Of a stretch of 64,000 bases of DNA, positions 21,270 through 33,300 are shown one piece after another. Numbering within the stretch: the first letter of the stretch is position 1; every line of letters begins with the position of its first letter. The position numbers and the translations under genes are program-made. The DNA lies in the NCBI GenBank assembly GCA_001643675.2, contig LSRY02000023.1, positions 62,001-126,000 on the forward strand, given 5' to 3'. The notes below the pieces were generated by a model. The model had not been told where the DNA came from. It did not search any database and worked only from the letters and a program-made list of their open reading frames with translations. The stretch is from Monocercomonoides exilis PA203 (taxonomy: Eukaryota; Protista; Preaxostyla).

Positions 21270-24200
21270 GTTTCTTTCTTTTTCCAATTGTTTTCCTGCT
21301 TTTCTTCAACGCTTCATTCGTATGACAATGCTGCTGTTGATTTCTCATTCATTGTTCATCTCTCTTGAACTCGATCTCTTTCAGCCAAAATCATCGTCAT
21401 TCACCTTCTTCATCACCATTTTCCAAAAACATGTTTCTCATTCAAAATTCTTCTCGACAAACCGTCAACAAATATGAAACACCCCACATCCTGATATTTC
21501 TTCACTCTTCTCCTTCTTGTTCTTCTGCCAACATCATCAACATTAACATCATCATCAAAGAAAGCATGAGAATTTCAAAACAGAATTTCTTCTTCTTCTT
21601 CTTCTTCTTCTTCTTCTTCGTCGTCGTCGTCTTCTGCATTTTGAATGTGAGTGAAAAGGGAAATATTGAAGGATGGAAGGGGAAAAGGCAAAGAAAGACA
21701 TTTTCGATTGAACGTTTCAGCCAATTGCATCAATGTTGTGGATTCGTTCGCTTCGTCTTTTCTACTCATTCTCAGCCAGCCAAAGTGAAAGGGTTTATTT
21801 TTGAGGGAATGGATTGGTTTTGGATTGGGCTTTGAGAAAAAAGGGGAGTTTGGAAGAATGAGTTTTTGTTGGAAAAGATGAGGAGCTGATGGGAAAGCGA
21901 AGGGGGATTATGGAACGATGGAGAGGAAAAGAACGCTTTTGAGAGGAGATTGAGGGAGATCAGCGAGAGAAGCAGAATGAAGAAGAAAAATAGATGATGA
22001 TGAATGGAGAAATATTTATTTATGTGAAGGAAAAGCAGCTGAAGAGGCGGAAAGGAAGGAAAGATGAAGAAATTTGGTTGGAGCAGAATTGAAGGATTGT
22101 TTTTGTTGAAAAGAAGATCTGCGAGTTATCTTCTGCTTTTTCTGCTTTTTCTGCTTTTTTCTGCTTCTCCATCAGCAGGCAAAAGCAGATGAAAGCGAAA
22201 CGATGAAAGAGGGGAGGGGAAGAAAGAAAGAAAGGAAGAAATGGAATTAGAGAAAAGATTTGAAGAATTGCATTTGGAAAGGAAATGAGGAAAACAGATG
22301 CTCTTGCGAAAGAAAAGAGAAAAGAAATGGAGGGAAAGGCAAAGATTTATTTATTTATTTATTTTTCATTCATATTTATTTGCGCAAAAAGGGAAAGATG
22401 AAATAAAGGAAAGGAAGGAAAACAAAATGAGGGTGAAAGTTGTTTTGAGGGAAATACCTTTTGAGAAAGAAGAAAACTGAAGAAGAAAACTGAAGAAGAA
22501 AACTGAAGAAGAAAATGAAATTGCGATGAAGAAATAGAATGAAGTGGAAGAAGAGGAAAAAGAGGAGGAAGAAGATAATGGGAAATGCAAAGGCAAAAGT
22601 GAAAGAAAAAGGGAGGATTGAAATGATGACGGAAGAAGAAATGGAAGAATATCATGCTGTCAATGTCAGTTTGTTCCACTTCGACAGAAAGTGTCTTTTT
22701 TTTTTTTTATTTTTTTTTGAGATGCGAAAAGAAATGCCATTCTGTTGGGTCTTCTGCCGCAGAGGAACAGACTGGCCAAGGAGCCATTGCATCGACGCCG
22801 ATGACGCCAGAAGGAAAAGGAGAAGAAGGAGGAAATGAAGGAGAAGAGTTTCAACCTCTTTTGCATTCACCTTCATGATTTCCATCATTCGCTTCTTCTT
22901 CTTCTTCTTTTTCTTTCGCATTTCGCATTTCACCTTATTCGCCGATCACATCAACACTTTCTTCAATCTCCTCTGAGACACCTTCGAGACACCTTCGAGG
23001 CACCTTCGACTTCTCCTTTTTCTTCACCTTCAGCATCGTCAGTATAGATGTCAACATCTTCTTCTTCATTTCTCTCTCTCTTTCTCTCTCTCTCTCAATC
23101 ATTGAGCAGGCGCCTGCGCAGAAGGAGCTGAAGATTCCTCGTCCTCCATCAATGTGTGGAATTCAAAGTGGCCTTAGACATTTTTCATTGGAATCGGATG
23201 ACAGCAGAAGAGCGAGAGAAAGAGAAAGAGAGAAAAGAGAAAGAGAAAGTGGAGTTTGGACAAAAGGAAAAGGAATGAGTGCTTCGAGCAGATGAAATGG
23301 AAGAGGTTATTGATTGTGAGGAGGTGATGATTGAGCAGCTGCTTCTTCTTCTGAATCATCAGCTGTGGAAGAAGAAGAAGGAGAAGGAGAAATGACAGTT
23401 GAGAAGGCTTTGATCAGATTGGCAAAGGAAAGGGGATTGATGGGGGAATGAAGAAGAACAAAGAGGAGCAGGAGATGAAAAGAAGGGAGAAAGGAGAGAG
23501 AAGTCTGTTCAAAGAATAAGAGAGGCAAAGAAGATGAATGGAGAGAAGCCTTGGGAGATGATGTCTGCCATTGCATCGGATACACGCATGATTCCGGAAG
23601 GGGAGGAAAGAAAAGAGAAATGGGCTGCAGCGAAAGCAGCGCGGAAACATCTGCAAAGCCACAAAAAGAGGAGAAAAAGGAATAACGACATCGGGTGACG
23701 AAGCAGGCGCGGGAGGAAGACTCTGAAGCCAAGAAGACAGACAGGGAAAGAGGTGAAGACGAGGAGAGGAGGAGAGGAGGAGAGGAGGAGAGGAGGAAGA
23801 TGAGGAGATGGCAGAAAATGAGAGAGAAAAAGAACGAAAGAAACGCAGAGGATGGAGCAGGGCAGCTGAGCCAGAGCCAGCAAAGGCAGTCAGGTTGAGG
23901 CACGTGCATCGCAGTGGCAAAGCGAGAGATGGAAAGAAGGGTGCTTCATCAGCATTCTGTGATGTGCATTCAAACATGCGATGAAGAGCAACCGCCGTTC
24001 TCTGCACGAGTCCGTTCAAAATGGAAGAGAAGCCGAACAAAAGAATCAGGAAGGAGAAAGAAGAGAAGGCCAAGGAGCTGGAAGATTAATGGAGCAATGA
24101 GAAACTGAGAGAGGAAAAAGAGAAGGGAGACAAAAGTGCAGCAGTTGTCCAGCTGCACATTAAGCTGATGATGGAAGAGCATCTGCTGGCATTGTTGTTG

Positions 24201-24940
24201 ATGAAGCAGAAGCATCCGAAACAAACAGCCCTTTCACAAACAGCCCTTTCCAACTCCTAATCCTCCTCTGCTGATGGAACATCTGGTTCAGCAAGCATTG
24301 AGGAGGAGGTGAGAAGGAAGCTGAGCTGCACAAGGAAGACACTGAGCTTCGGGAATGGAGGTGGATGAGGCATTTTGAAGGGAGGAGTGAAAGATGAGGA
24401 GAAGATGAATGAACGGCAAATAATTATTGGTGTGTCGATTGAAGTTGCGAAAAATGAATATGAGAAAATCGCTCTCAGAAAAGGAGAACAGGCTTGGCGA
24501 ATTCACATATGATTGAAAAAATGAAAAAAATATTTTTCTTTAAAACTATTTGCAGGAATGGATAATGAGATCTGGAAATGGCAAAAGATAAAGGCAAATG
24601 GAGGAAGAAGAAGAGGCAGAAGAATTGCATTTGAAATTGCCACAGGGCAGAATCATTGAGCAATAAAATCGGGACAAGAAGAGAAAGAGGGAAAAGAGGA
24701 GAATGATTAAAGAAAAAGAGGAAAGCCAGATTGATTGAAGAAGAATGAGATGAAAAAGGAAGGCTTTGAATGTTGAGAGAATCTTTTTGAAGAGAGCTTG
24801 TCGACTGAGAACTTCACAAGACAAATCCTTCACGCGTTTTTTTTTTATTTTTTTCAGACGAATATCAGAGAATGTGGATGATGGCAAAGAAGAAACACAG
24901 ATTGAGTTGTCAGTTGAGCACAATTGTGAATGATTTCATT

Positions 24941-25012
24941 GAAGAAGAAGAAGAAGAAGAAGAAGAAGAAGAAGAAGAAGAAGAAGAAGAAGAAGAAGAA
25001 GAAGAAGAAGAA
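24941..25012 (+). repeat. (GAA)24 microsatellite
   Basis: Direct count; four units longer than the left-arm copy. Confidence 0.9.
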
Positions 25013-27313
25013 ATGCAAAACAAAGAGGGAATGGAATATGAGACGAAGAATTCGCATCGATGCAAAAGAAGTTTTCAGAGGCAATGCTGATGCTGCTGTT
25101 TGGGTGATGCGAATGCTCAGAGAAGGCGAATAACTTCCCAAGTCCATCCCCTGAAGCATCTTCAAATAGCAATCAAACACAAAACCCGTTTGATGGATGA
25201 AATGGAAAATGCAAACCAAGCAGAATCAAACGTTGGCATGAACTTTGTTTCTCTCAGTTGTCTCGTGAAAAACAAACATTCTCATTTGTTCTTGGTTGCT
25301 GCCTTCGCAAGCAGACATTGCAGGCAGATGTTGTGTGCACTCTCGCCAACCAGCCTCAAACACCTCAGATCCAACAGAAACACTCAGCAGCGATTCCACA
25401 TGCAGAATCTGCCCTTCTTCCTCTTCTTTCTCTTCTTCCTCCATCTCCAAATCAATCGAACATCTCTTTCTGCCTTGGTCCTCATTCATGGCCAAGCCAT
25501 TCATCGACATTTTCATCTGCTCCACATCTTTCCTCATCACTTCTGCACTTTCACCTGAAGTTATGCCCAAAGACACATCTGCTGCTTCTTCTTCTGCTCT
25601 TGAATTCTTCTGTTGAATGCCATCGGCTGGCGAAACTATACACACATCAGTTTCTGTTGAATGTTGCTTGCCTGCCTCATCCCCATCCTCTGCCCAAGCG
25701 CATCCACAACCAGCAGCACCCTCGCATCTTCAAATTTGCACTGATTCTCTTCGATTGTTTTTATAAACTCCCTGCATGCTGTCGGACAGCCTCCTTTCAC
25801 CACATTTCTTCTTCTTCCTCCTCTGCCTCTTCTCTCTCCTCCAACACCTCCAGCGCAATCGCATCAGGCTGCAGAACCACATCCTCCATCCTCAGCCCCG
25901 CCTCCTTCAGTGACTTTTCCTCAATCTCCCCCACTTCACGCCCTGCAATCTCTCACCCCATCGCTCATCTTCAGCTTCATCACAACAGGCCTCGACTTCT
26001 GCTTAAGGGATACCTTCCTCGCCATCACAAATGGCAGCAGCGATGGGTCAAGCAGATTGTAGATCGTCGGGAATGCATTCACAACTCTCTAAGGAAAGAT
26101 CCACTTGCTCACCTTCTCTATGCCCACGAACTCTGCAAGCGAAGGAAGCAGCTCTACCAACGGAACTGAAAGCATCACCAAAGGAATCGTATCGTGGGTG
26201 AATGCAACATACCCCCCGTTCATCATCTTATGCCTCTTCACAACATAACCCCTCAGTATGTGCTGTCCAGATGCCTCAGATACAACAATCCTCAATCAGC
26301 TATCGATGTTATTCATCAAACATCCTGACATTGATGGCGCTGCCACCGCAGAGGCATTCAAAGGGTGCAATTACTGATCCTGATGAGGATGATGACTGTT
26401 CATTCTCAACTGATTCCTTCTCTTCCCTTCTCTGCCTCCGGAATGGCGAAGCAGATCGGCGAGCTGCTCCAGGCGAGATTGAAGAGGAAGCTGGAGAAAA
26501 AGAAGGCGAAGAGATAAAAAAATAAAAATACTTTTCTGCACTGACAACAAGAAGCGTTTTGAGAGAGGACATTCGCATTTGGTGATTGCTTCATCAGCAG
26601 CAAAGAACACAGCATTTTCATATTGCTCAGAAAAAAAAAAAAGAATCGAGGTATTTATTCAAAAGAAATGGAAACAATTTGAGCATCTTTATTTGAATGG
26701 AAAAGGAAACAACAAAAAGGAAGGAAATAAACCTCCGCCAGAGCAATTGGCTGATTTCGAAAGCAATCGCTCAGATGAAAGCATTTCGTGATTGAGAGAA
26801 ATAGTTTTTGAAAATATTTATTTTATTTTATTTTATTTTTTTGCAAATAAACAAGCTTCTTTGTCATATCAATTTCGCATTGATTGTTTTCGAAACTGTT
26901 AATTCGATTGCAAAAATTCTTGTTTTGTATTATTTTTGGTGTGTGCTGTTGATGAATTGAAAAGATATCAGCAATTGCGAAAAGAGCATTTTCCTTTCAA
27001 GAAAACTGACATACTCTTCAACTCAACAAGCTGGTGGTGTGTTTGTGCTAATTGTCACAGGAAGGGTGAATAAGAATTGTAATTGGAAGTACATATATAA
27101 ATATATAATATAATATTATATAAACCACCCATCAACATCAACGAAAAAATACAATTTGCGATAAAAAACGAAAAAGATGAAACAAAAAAATTGTAAAATA
27201 TATTTCGAACGAATAATAAGTTGTTGAATATTCACGCACGCAAACAATAAATGCAAAATGCATTTCAATAAAAAAGAAAGAAAGAAAATGTATTTTTTTT
27301 TAATTCCACAATC

Positions 27314-30300
27314 TCATTTTTCTTTAACAAGAAGCGTCTTTGAACTGCTCCCATCAGATCCATCAGATCCATCAGATCCATCGCTTTCTTTGCTCTCTTC
27401 ATTTCCCTCCACACAATTCGAAAAGCATTCATAATCAACTGCATCAGAAATCGTTACTGCCACTGCCCCTGGCGGAAATCGCTGGATGAACTCCCGCTTC
27501 AACTCCATCAGCTTCGGCCGGTCTGCTGCTTCTTGGCTCAAGCACGACCTCATGCACTCAAACAACGATGACTCCCTTTCTGCTCCATTTGCAGGCCTCT
27601 CCCCATTCACAATCTTGTCTCCTGCTGTCCCTGCCTCATACTCCCCAAACGGGATCTCCAGCGTCAGGCACTCCCACAGCATCATCCCAATCGAGAATGC
27701 CACTGACTTCTTCGTTGCTCCCATCTTCTTGTTCATCAGCAGCTCTGGCGCCTTCCACCTCAAGCTTTCTAATTTGTTGTCCTCATCATCTTCAAACGCT
27801 GACGAAGGCGGAGGCGAGCCTCTTCCTTTCTTATTCGCACATGAGCAATCAGACGCAGATGTCACAATGGACGACGAAGAAAAAACAGACGACGAATCCG
27901 AATCATCGGAAGAAGAGCAGTCCGAGTGGAGGGCAATGCAGATCACCATGTGCTCTGAGAAAAGAACAATGAGCGAACTCAGATTGGAAAGAGATGAAAG
28001 AGTGTTTTCCATTTCGTCGAAGACGTGCAGCGCGAGATTAGCCACCCAGAACAGGATCTGCGCAGCTGTCTGCTCTCTTTGCTGAAGAGTGCCAATAGCC
28101 ATTTCCTTCTTCTCGTTCCGCCCATGCAACAACATAAACAACGAATCTCTCAAATCCACAATCAGCTTCTCATGTGGAGACGAGCAGGCCATCGCATCCA
28201 CCAGATTCGACATCGATGAGGTGGTGGGGCACAGACCCTCCGATCGAACAAATGTTGTGTCTGTGTCCGAAGTGTCTGTTGTTGAAGTTGATGAAATGGA
28301 TGGTGATGGAGTTCTCTTTCTTGTCTCTTCTTCCTCAATTTCCTTTTCCTCAACCTTCTCCAGCATCCATTCTGGGATCTTGTCTGAATCTTTCCCAAGA
28401 ATGTATTCTGTTGACCCACTCTCACTCAGCAAATACTCTTCAGACTCCGAATGCGCCATCTTCTTTCCACACATCCTCCTCTTTGCATTCTCTTCGTTTT
28501 TCTCCTCTACCTCTCTCTCTGCTCTTCGCCATTGCTCCTCTGGCGACATCTCCATCGTCATCATCTCAATCAGCTTCGGATCCTTTTTCACTGTGTCTTC
28601 CACAATTATCTCCAATTCTTTTGTTCTTCTCTTTTGCTTTCTCCATCGAACAACAAAAATAATAAACCCAACCAAAGCAATCAGAAACAGCACTGCAAAT
28701 ATAACAACAATAATCGGCCAGATCGATTTCCCTTCTTTTCCTCCTTCAACAATCTTTTCATCTCCATTTGCCTTTGTTTCACTTTTGTTCTTCAGGACAA
28801 ATGAATCAGTGGACGATGGCTCATCGGTATTCCCAAACAGAATACACACCCTCACTTCTGCTTCACTTGCCACCCCTTCAATTGTCTTGGCAGGAATAGA
28901 CCCATGCACCTCTTCTTCTGATATGAAACCGCTTTCGTCAAACGAATATTTCTCAACCACCTCCTCATCCCCAACTGCCGCAACGGTCTTGAACGAGAGG
29001 TTGCACGGAAGGAGAACCGATCCTATGAACACAACATCCACCTTCTCCCCTGACTTTTCAGATGATACGCTCTCCACCTTCGGGATGAAAAACGCAGATG
29101 CTCTTTCTCCTGCAATCCCTTCCAGCGTGCATCCTTCATCCAATATCCACAAAGAGGTATTGTCCTTCACTCCATCCCCTCCTTTCAAGCTCGCAACTTT
29201 CAATTTTGCTGAGTTTCCACACAGAATGTTTCTTCGTGCCGACCCATAATTCGCTATTGATGGATTGTTGTTCATGAATTCTCCTTTTTCAATCTCCACA
29301 CTTCCTCCTGACAACGAAAGCCCTCCATTTTCTGAATTTGTCAGCATTGAATCCTTCATCAGCCCAGAACAATTCTGAAGATCGATCATCGACCCATTCC
29401 ACCGACACACATTTTCGAATGAATCTTCGTTGGCTCCAAGCTGCTGAACACTCGCTGCTCCATCAAAAGCACATGAAGATAAGTTAACATCTGTTAAGTC
29501 TGTCAGAGCTGCAATTCTCCCCTTTTCTGAGGATGAGATGCATTTTTGGCTGGTGCAGTTCTCCAACTCCACCAACAGAGTCGAAGATGAAGAAGATGAA
29601 GAAGATGAAGAAGAAGCAGCCAAACAGCACGGACCAAGCGAATCTCTCGTTACGTTTCGATACGATGACTGCTTCAGCCGGAATGTCGAAGCGTTTGATG
29701 CCACACTCACTGCACACCCTTCTCCAAGCATCGCGTTGCAAATGGCCAAGAAATTCATCTCAACATTCGCATCTTCGCATTCAACAGAAAGCAACGATTC
29801 CTTTGAAACGCGTATATCGTCGAGTTCCACGTGGCTGCACTGGATGTTTGAATGGCCTCCTGAACCGTCTGAGCAAAACACAATCAAGCTTGCTTTGCTC
29901 TCTGCATTCTTGATTTGAACCTTCTGCAGCTGAGAGTCTTTGCAGCTCCGAAGGATGAGAGCCGATCGATCAAACATGCAGCTGGAAACAAGCACTTGCA
30001 ACATGGACAGGTTTGAAAGATTGCAGAAATCAAACAACTCTCCGCAATTCACATCAGAAATGTTCAAGTCCATAAACGCGCAGTATTGTCCTCCCCCTCT
30101 TGCTGCAACACACGAAGAACTGAGATGGAGGGAAACAAAAGCGCATCTGTTGATCGACAGCCTCCCATTCTCCACAAGAATGACAGAGCAGTTCAGCCTC
30201 GTTTCAGAGCTTCCACTCCAATCTTCTTGAGCAAATGTTGTGTCTGCAATCGACAAGTTGCCATCAGCCAGCAATAACAAGCTGGAATGCGAAGAAGAAA

Positions 30301-33300
30301 AAGCGCTCCCAAACAAAAACGAAAGAGATTCCATTTTCACTCTCGACGAGCACGAAACAAGACTGCTCCTCTTGCTTCCGATGCTGCTGTTCAGCACAAT
30401 ATTCCCTCTTTCCCCTTCTGCAGACAGCGACTTCATCGAGACATCGCAAGCGCTTGCTTCCCCCGACACCGCAGCCCGTTTGTCGATCAGCAAATTGCTG
30501 TAAACAGAAGGAATGACGTGTGCCAGCGCAACATTCACCGAAATGCAAGGCCCGCTCATCCCACCACACTGCCGCGAATCAGACGCGTTGTCCGCTGTTG
30601 AAGACGCAAATATCGTCTCGCTCTGATACACAACCACAAGCAGCAGCAGATCTTGCTCGTCCGCATAGTCGGGTGCAGTGCATCCCCACATCGCAAATTC
30701 CCGAACAAACGGTGGCCTGAAGTCGAGCTCGAACAGCTCCGCCCCGATTTGAGCTTCAACATTCGCACATTTCACATACACGTCTCTTCCCCTGAAAGCT
30801 TTGTTCTCCATGAACGTCGTGTTTTTCAACAGGAAAGGAAGCAGCCCATCACTTGTAATCGAAGAACAATCCAGGAACATCGCGCCTCCTCTGCCAGTCG
30901 CCGAGCAGAAGCATCCTGAGATTGTGGAAAAACGGCACTCAAAATATCCTCCTTCGCTCAATTTCATGGCAATGCATCCGCCATTCTCGCTCAGGCTGCT
31001 TCCGCTGCTCTTGATCGACGTGTTTTGGACAAGCACGCTGGAAGGCTCGCTTCCACAGCAGCTGATGATCGACGGCTCAGAAGGAGCACTTTGGCGAAGC
31101 GAGAAAAGCGTGCAGCATTTCAGCTCAACTCTTGGACTGTCGCCTTCATTCAACATCTGTGGCTCGCCTCGCAATTCTGCCTGCGCCAGCACTGCCACAA
31201 TGCTTTTGCCCATCAGCTCCATGTTGCTCATCGAAACATTCGTCCAGTCAATGCTGCTCTCATGAGAGGCTATCAGAATGTGACTTTCGGCTTTGATGGA
31301 CTGGAACGAGCAGAATGACAATTCGCATGTTCCAGACAGGCAGGCAACGATGCAATAACGAATGGGGGTGTCGGAGGTGCTGGTGAAGGAGCAGCCTTGA
31401 GCGGCAAAGGAGCTGCCACCAGTGCTTATCAGCTTCGTCTGTTTCCACCCAGAGCCATCCCCGCAGCAGACCTCAATGTTCATCAAGGAGCATTTTCCAT
31501 TGTTTGCAAGCACACAATCGCCTTCTTCTGGCTTTTCTGCCTGAGGCGAAATTATTGTTCCGAATGACAGAGCAGAGTGAGACTCGGCATCAGTGGAGGT
31601 CAGAACGATGTCTGAAATGTCGACTTCGCAATCCACTTGAACTTCATCAATGATCACAAAAGTGTTCATGTTTGGCTGCTCTGGCTCATCCAACGCACGA
31701 AAGTGCTTCTGCCCATACTCCATTGTTGCACATGGCTCTTCTCCACTCCCACACCGCAGGACGTCCCACCCGCTGTTCCTGCTGAGATGGATTTCTTGTG
31801 AAGCAAATTCAATCAGAAATCGGCACAGATCGAAGTCAGTTTTTGTGGAGTCGCTCCCGACGAGCAGATTTGCATCGCCTGCTGTCTCACTCACTTCAAA
31901 TGCCAATGACTGTTTTGTGATCGAAACATTCAGGTCTGACGAGAAAAAGAACATGTTTTTCCCGTGTTTTGCAGAGCACTGATCGAAAGCCATCTGGCGG
32001 AAGGAGAACGCATTGGAAGCTGAGCAGTCGAAATAGACCCCTCCTCCTTTTCCACCTGCTTCACTTTCAGCACAGCATTTCGTGAATGTGGCGTTCTCCA
32101 TCATGAATTGGGATTCGGCTTCGATAACAATTTTCATCGCGCCTCCCTCCATGCTCTCAGCGCCTTTGGCATTCGTGACATTCCAGTGCAAGCACTCAAC
32201 ATGGCTTGAAATTGAGGATGCAATTAACACAGCGCTGTTTGCATCGCCGTTGGTGATCCCTTCAAAAGAGCATTGGGAAAGAGAGACGACCCCATCACTC
32301 TTCGTACCATCGTTCAGCTGTTTGGATGTTGACGATGGAATCACACCGATGAGAGGCTGATCGCCAATGTCTGAGTTTTTCACATTCAATGAAATAGCCG
32401 TTGTTGGTGTGCTGGCTGTGCTCTCACTCACTGCGATAGGCGCATGCTGAAGATTCGCTGAACTCAACAGGCACTCGTTCATATTGAGACTTCCTCCGCT
32501 CATCTGAAACAGCCAATAGCTCATCTGGTTCAGCTCCCCCACCTGCATCTCGAACGCGCACTTTGTCAGCGACAGGCTGCTCTCAGAAGACAAGAATATC
32601 AGCGTTTCTATCTCAGAATCAAACGAAGATGGAAGCAAAAAGCGGATTAGCTCGATGGATACATTCCCTGTGGCTGTCATCGCTTTTCCAGTCAGTGTAT
32701 TCAGCGATTTGGCACAAGTGATTCCAGCTTTTGAAGCGTTTGATGATCTCAAGATTAAATCTGGCTGTTTCAGTTCGCTCTCAATTATCACTGATTCAAC
32801 GACAGCTATTGCCTTTGCATTTTCCTCTGCCAGCCTCCCCGTGCAATAATCAAATGATTGGCATGGATAATCCGAGAATCCGCACACCACAGTATCAGCA
32901 CCATCCTCGCTTCCAACATGGATTGTGCTCCCAACTTCCTCAAAAAACAGAACCAACGGAATCGAGTGCTCACGATCATTTCCATGGAACCCGCGCAAAC
33001 TGTCGAAGGAGTTATGTCCCAATGCATAAGCAAAAGGAAGCGTCTCGTTCGTGATCGATTCCTTCAGGTCTGGGGATTGAACAAACAAGTCGTTTCCATG
33101 CTTCGCTTTATTCGGCTTTTCTGAAGAAAATGAAGGAGCTGTGATGGTAAATGCTGCATCGGAGTGCTCAAGATTCAGAAAGATCCCTCCCCCGAATCCC
33201 ACCTGCGAATCGAAAGGCGCCTCGCATTCTTCGAACGAACATTCCGTAATTGTTGCTGAACACGAACTTTTCAAAGAGAGGAACAGCGCCCCGCCTCCAT

